A stretch of 63,464 bases of DNA, the filler included, from Reclinomonas americana ATCC 50394 (lineage: Eukaryota): the NCBI GenBank assembly GCA_048213135.1. It is 8 parts of 3 records of this genome, joined end to end, with 100 filler letters (N's around TTAATTAATTAA, not from the genome) between each part and the next. Parts side by side here need not be neighbours in the genome. Positions count along the whole stretch, not along the records: positions 59,063 to 63,464 come from PS015283.1; 7 more parts are not named here. One strand, given 5' to 3'. Of the stretch, positions 60,159-63,464 are shown piece after piece. The first letter of the stretch is position 1. Each line of letters opens with the position of its first letter. The position numbers and the translations under genes were made by a program. The notes under the pieces were generated by a model. It was not told the origin of the DNA. It did not search any database and saw only the letters and a program-made list of their open reading frames with translations.

Positions 60159-63100
60159 ATGTCGGGCGAGGAGACAAACCGGCCGACGTCGCGCGGGCCA
60201 CTGACACCCGGCACCGGCGGTCGCGTGTTGATGAGCACACGGCGCACAGGTTGTGTATTGTGTGTGTGTGTGTTTGTCGAAGAACTGTCGCGCCCACATG
60301 TGCACACACACGCACGCAACACAGGTCGAACGGCCACACATCTGGGTCAGTTCGACACAAGATTACAGCAGCGTCTGTCACATCTCAAGTATGCAGCCGC
60401 ATTCGAGCCGTCGTACATTCAAGAGGCTGAACCTGCACCAGTTCGTCCTCGCAACAACTTTGCTGGTGGTGGGTAGAGGCTCCCTCCTCCTCCTCCCTCC
60501 TCCAGAGTGTCGCACACCAAAATTAACACCTCGTGTGTGTACAGGCTCCAAGCCGGCCTCATTCCCCACCTCCAAAGGCAAAATGTTTGAGCACGACGAA
60601 AGCGACGAGGATGCTGCCGCCAAGGCAGCTGCCAGCAAGAAAAAGAAGGCGCGGAAAATGACTGCCAACGAGATGGTGGCCGAGGTGGAAAGCACACTGC
60701 GGCCGTACCGCCTCGGAGAAGTGATTACCACCATTCCCAGCGAGTTCAAGTTGCGTTGCTGCGTTCTTACACATAGACGGTCGCCACCACCAGCTTGAAC
60801 TCAATCGCTGCCGTGGCACAGAGACCGCATGGCCATGTGGTTCGCGGTGTCGGTCATTCTCTTCGTTCTCCTGCTCCTCATCACCATCTACGTCATGGTG
60901 CTGTGGGCGAGTGGTGCACTGTTTTCCGTGCCAACGCAAAAGATCCTCCTCACCGGCAATGTGCGTTTCCGCGAGTGTTGTGCCTTTTCTTTTGAGTCGA
61001 TGTGCTGAACCACCAGACCACCTTGCAGCCACAATCTCAAGCCCATGTCGACGAACTCACCGGTCGCATCGGCCTCTCTGCACCCAAGGCGATGACTGCC
61101 GCTGTCGACGTGTCGACGACCACGAGCCGCAACACTCATGTGATCATGGCGGCTCTGAATTCGACCGCGGTCCACAGTATCGATCTGGCGCTCTTGGGCT
61201 ACGGGAGTGCCCGCCACGCCAACATCCTCGTGTATCAGCAGCCGTACATACTGTTGCGTGTGATTCTCTTAATAGGTTTGCTTTCCTCTCACGGGACTCA
61301 CAACTTCTGTATCAGTGGCCCACCAACCAACACCACTCGAACTAGCGGCGCAGCCAGCGGGGGCCGCGTGCTGCTGCAGTCGACCACGGCCAACACACAG
61401 CAGTCGCTGCCGGGACTGGACGCCTTTCTCGGTCGCCCATCGGTCGTCGCCACCACCACCACCACCACCACTACAACAAAAGTCACAAAACTGAAGTGCC
61501 CGGGGTGTGTTCGCCATCCTCTTCCACCGCAGATGCAAATCAACGAGCAAGTGGACTTTCAGTCGTCGGCCTACTTTGATAGCATGGCGGTGGTGCAGAA
61601 GTTTACCATGTACTCCAATGGCACACAAGCATTCCGCTTCAGCAATGATGGTGGCGTTGTGACGCTGACGTCACCGGTGCGAGAAGTGGTGAGAATCGAG
61701 GGCCTCTCACTCAAGTTCCTCGGTGCGTATGTGTTCAAAGCTAATCATAAGTGGTTCGTCACGCCCAACACACGGCTGCGCTGCAGGTGACTTTCTGCTG
61801 CAACGCGATGCATCGTCGGACAGTCTCGCGGTGCAGAACTTTCTGACGTACGAGCTCACCTCCATCTCTTCCGGTGGTGGACAGGGCTGGGGGTTGCGTT
61901 TCCATTGATTGATGCCACAGTATACAACTATCGTCATCTTACTCGGTGTTTTCTCGTTGCAGCATTGTCGGCGGCAACGGCGTGGCCAAGAAGACATCCA
62001 TTCTCAAGTTCCTCAGCGTGAAGAACAAGTTTCGCGATCAGTTCGAAGACGTGTTCTCGGCCGTCGACAAGTACTCTGTGTCTCTCCGCAACTCGGTTGA
62101 CGGCCTGGAGCTGCTGGTTTGTCAGGGGCGCATGCGAGAGCACCACAGCTGTACTCGGCGCTGACGATACTTGCATATCAAAACACACACAGATGTCTCT
62201 GCGAGCAGCGTCACTGCCGACAATCTGGTCGTGGACCTCTCAAGCGAAGCAGTGGAGTCTGTTTACGGCCAACCTATCATTGCGCAACAATGGTGGATGT
62301 GCAGCCAGTGAGGTTCGTGTGTTCGTGAGGAAACTCCTGCAATCAGTCGGTGGTGAGTGTTGACACCGAGAGCAACGACAGGTGGCCGAGTTCCAGGCGC
62401 GCTCGCCCAACGATCTTGAGCAGTGCAACGACGTCAGTTTCCAGGCCAACGGCGTCAGCTACCACAACTCCACTCTTCTTGAGCTGTCCACCATCCGATT
62501 GCACGCACCGCTGCTGGTTCTCGACGCTGCGAACTCGACGTGGACACAGGATGGTGTGCCATCATCATCATCGCACACACCGCTTACCTCGTACGGCACT
62601 CATTCTTCCAACGCAATGTTCGCAGTGTTTCAAAACACCACCGACACCGTGCGGTACAAGTTGCAGTCGGACCTGGACGGCTTTCCAATCATTGTCGACG
62701 CCGGCATCGAGGAGCACACTCTGGATCTGCAGATGGACATGAACAGTCTGACGATGGTGCACGACTTCAATGTGACGTTCGGCTCGCATCGCAGCAACAA
62801 TGGACCGGCGGTGCTTCCAGTTGCGCTGCATGCACTCCTGCAACATCGTCAATTTGTTGTGAACCTGAACTTGCAACAACACTGTGAACAGTTCAAGTAC
62901 TTCACCACTGGCGGATACAAGTTGACACAGGCGGGTAGTCTCGACTCGTTCAACATACGCAGTACCGCTATCGATAGTTGGACGACGACGTACAATCGAG
63001 GCGCCACGTCCTCACATGTGGTGCGATTGTGGTACTTTGCTGCCGGTCACTTTATCCCGCTCGCTTCTTACCTCGTTGGTGCAGTTGTCTTTTGTCACGG

Positions 63101-63464
63101 ATACATTGCTCACCACCAGCAACATCGCGTATGTGACAACCCCCATTGGAAACGTCCGCGCTACGGTGTTGCAGCCGCTGTCGGCCAGGAAGGCCATTAT
63201 GACGGTGACGGCGACAGCTGGCAAACCGGCAGCGCTCGTCATCAGTCGCGGAACCACTGGCATCTTCCGCAACAAGTTGCGACTGCACGTGCACGACTGC
63301 AGATCATGATGCAAATGTGAGCTAACACGGCCACTTTCTGCACAGTTGGAGCTGGAAGTATACACCCACATCGGGCCCGCCAATGGTCGGAGCGCCGCGG
63401 CGCGCCGAAGCACTGCTGTGTACCGATCTGCACGGAATCGACCCCACACTGCTGTTGCAAAACA
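60159..63464 (+). CDS. Type II membrane protein with a long beta-rich, glycosylated ectodomain; runs off the window
   Basis: Charged N-terminus, TM WFAVSVILFVLLLLITIYVMVLW, many NxS/T sequons, about 12 in-frame introns; no family recognised. Confidence 0.6.

Overview
Eukaryotic (protist-like), GC-rich, intron-dense draft scaffold. It is broken by N gaps and by seven artificial NNN-TTAATTAATTAA-NNN contig linkers. By splicing exons by hand I can support about 22 protein-coding genes or fragments: a Cid1-type TUTase, two ARM-repeat proteins, a LisH-REM-RasGEF, an N-kinesin, a GPI-type trypsin, a multi-UBL/Ig/SAM protein, an S10 carboxypeptidase, a TM-FN3-TTL-like protein, Vps39, a bacterial-type Gpt, proteasome alpha7, Arp2 (plus an inverted second copy), WDR70, a Rho GTPase, an EF-hand protein, the INO80 C-terminus and several unknowns. 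Intergenic spaces are often under 130 bp, while some introns are inflated by microsatellites and locus-specific minisatellites. The most striking signal is in splicing. 28 frame-consistent introns (roughly one in six, by hand estimate) use a donor GTTGCG(T), which is the local GTGCG(T) consensus shifted by one nucleotide, and 25 of them lack the exonic -1 G. One intron is AT-AC. This suggests an unusually common shifted-register 5' splice-site class or a variant snRNA system. All gene models are manual and lack transcript support. No RNA genes, CRISPR arrays or recognisable transposases were seen.
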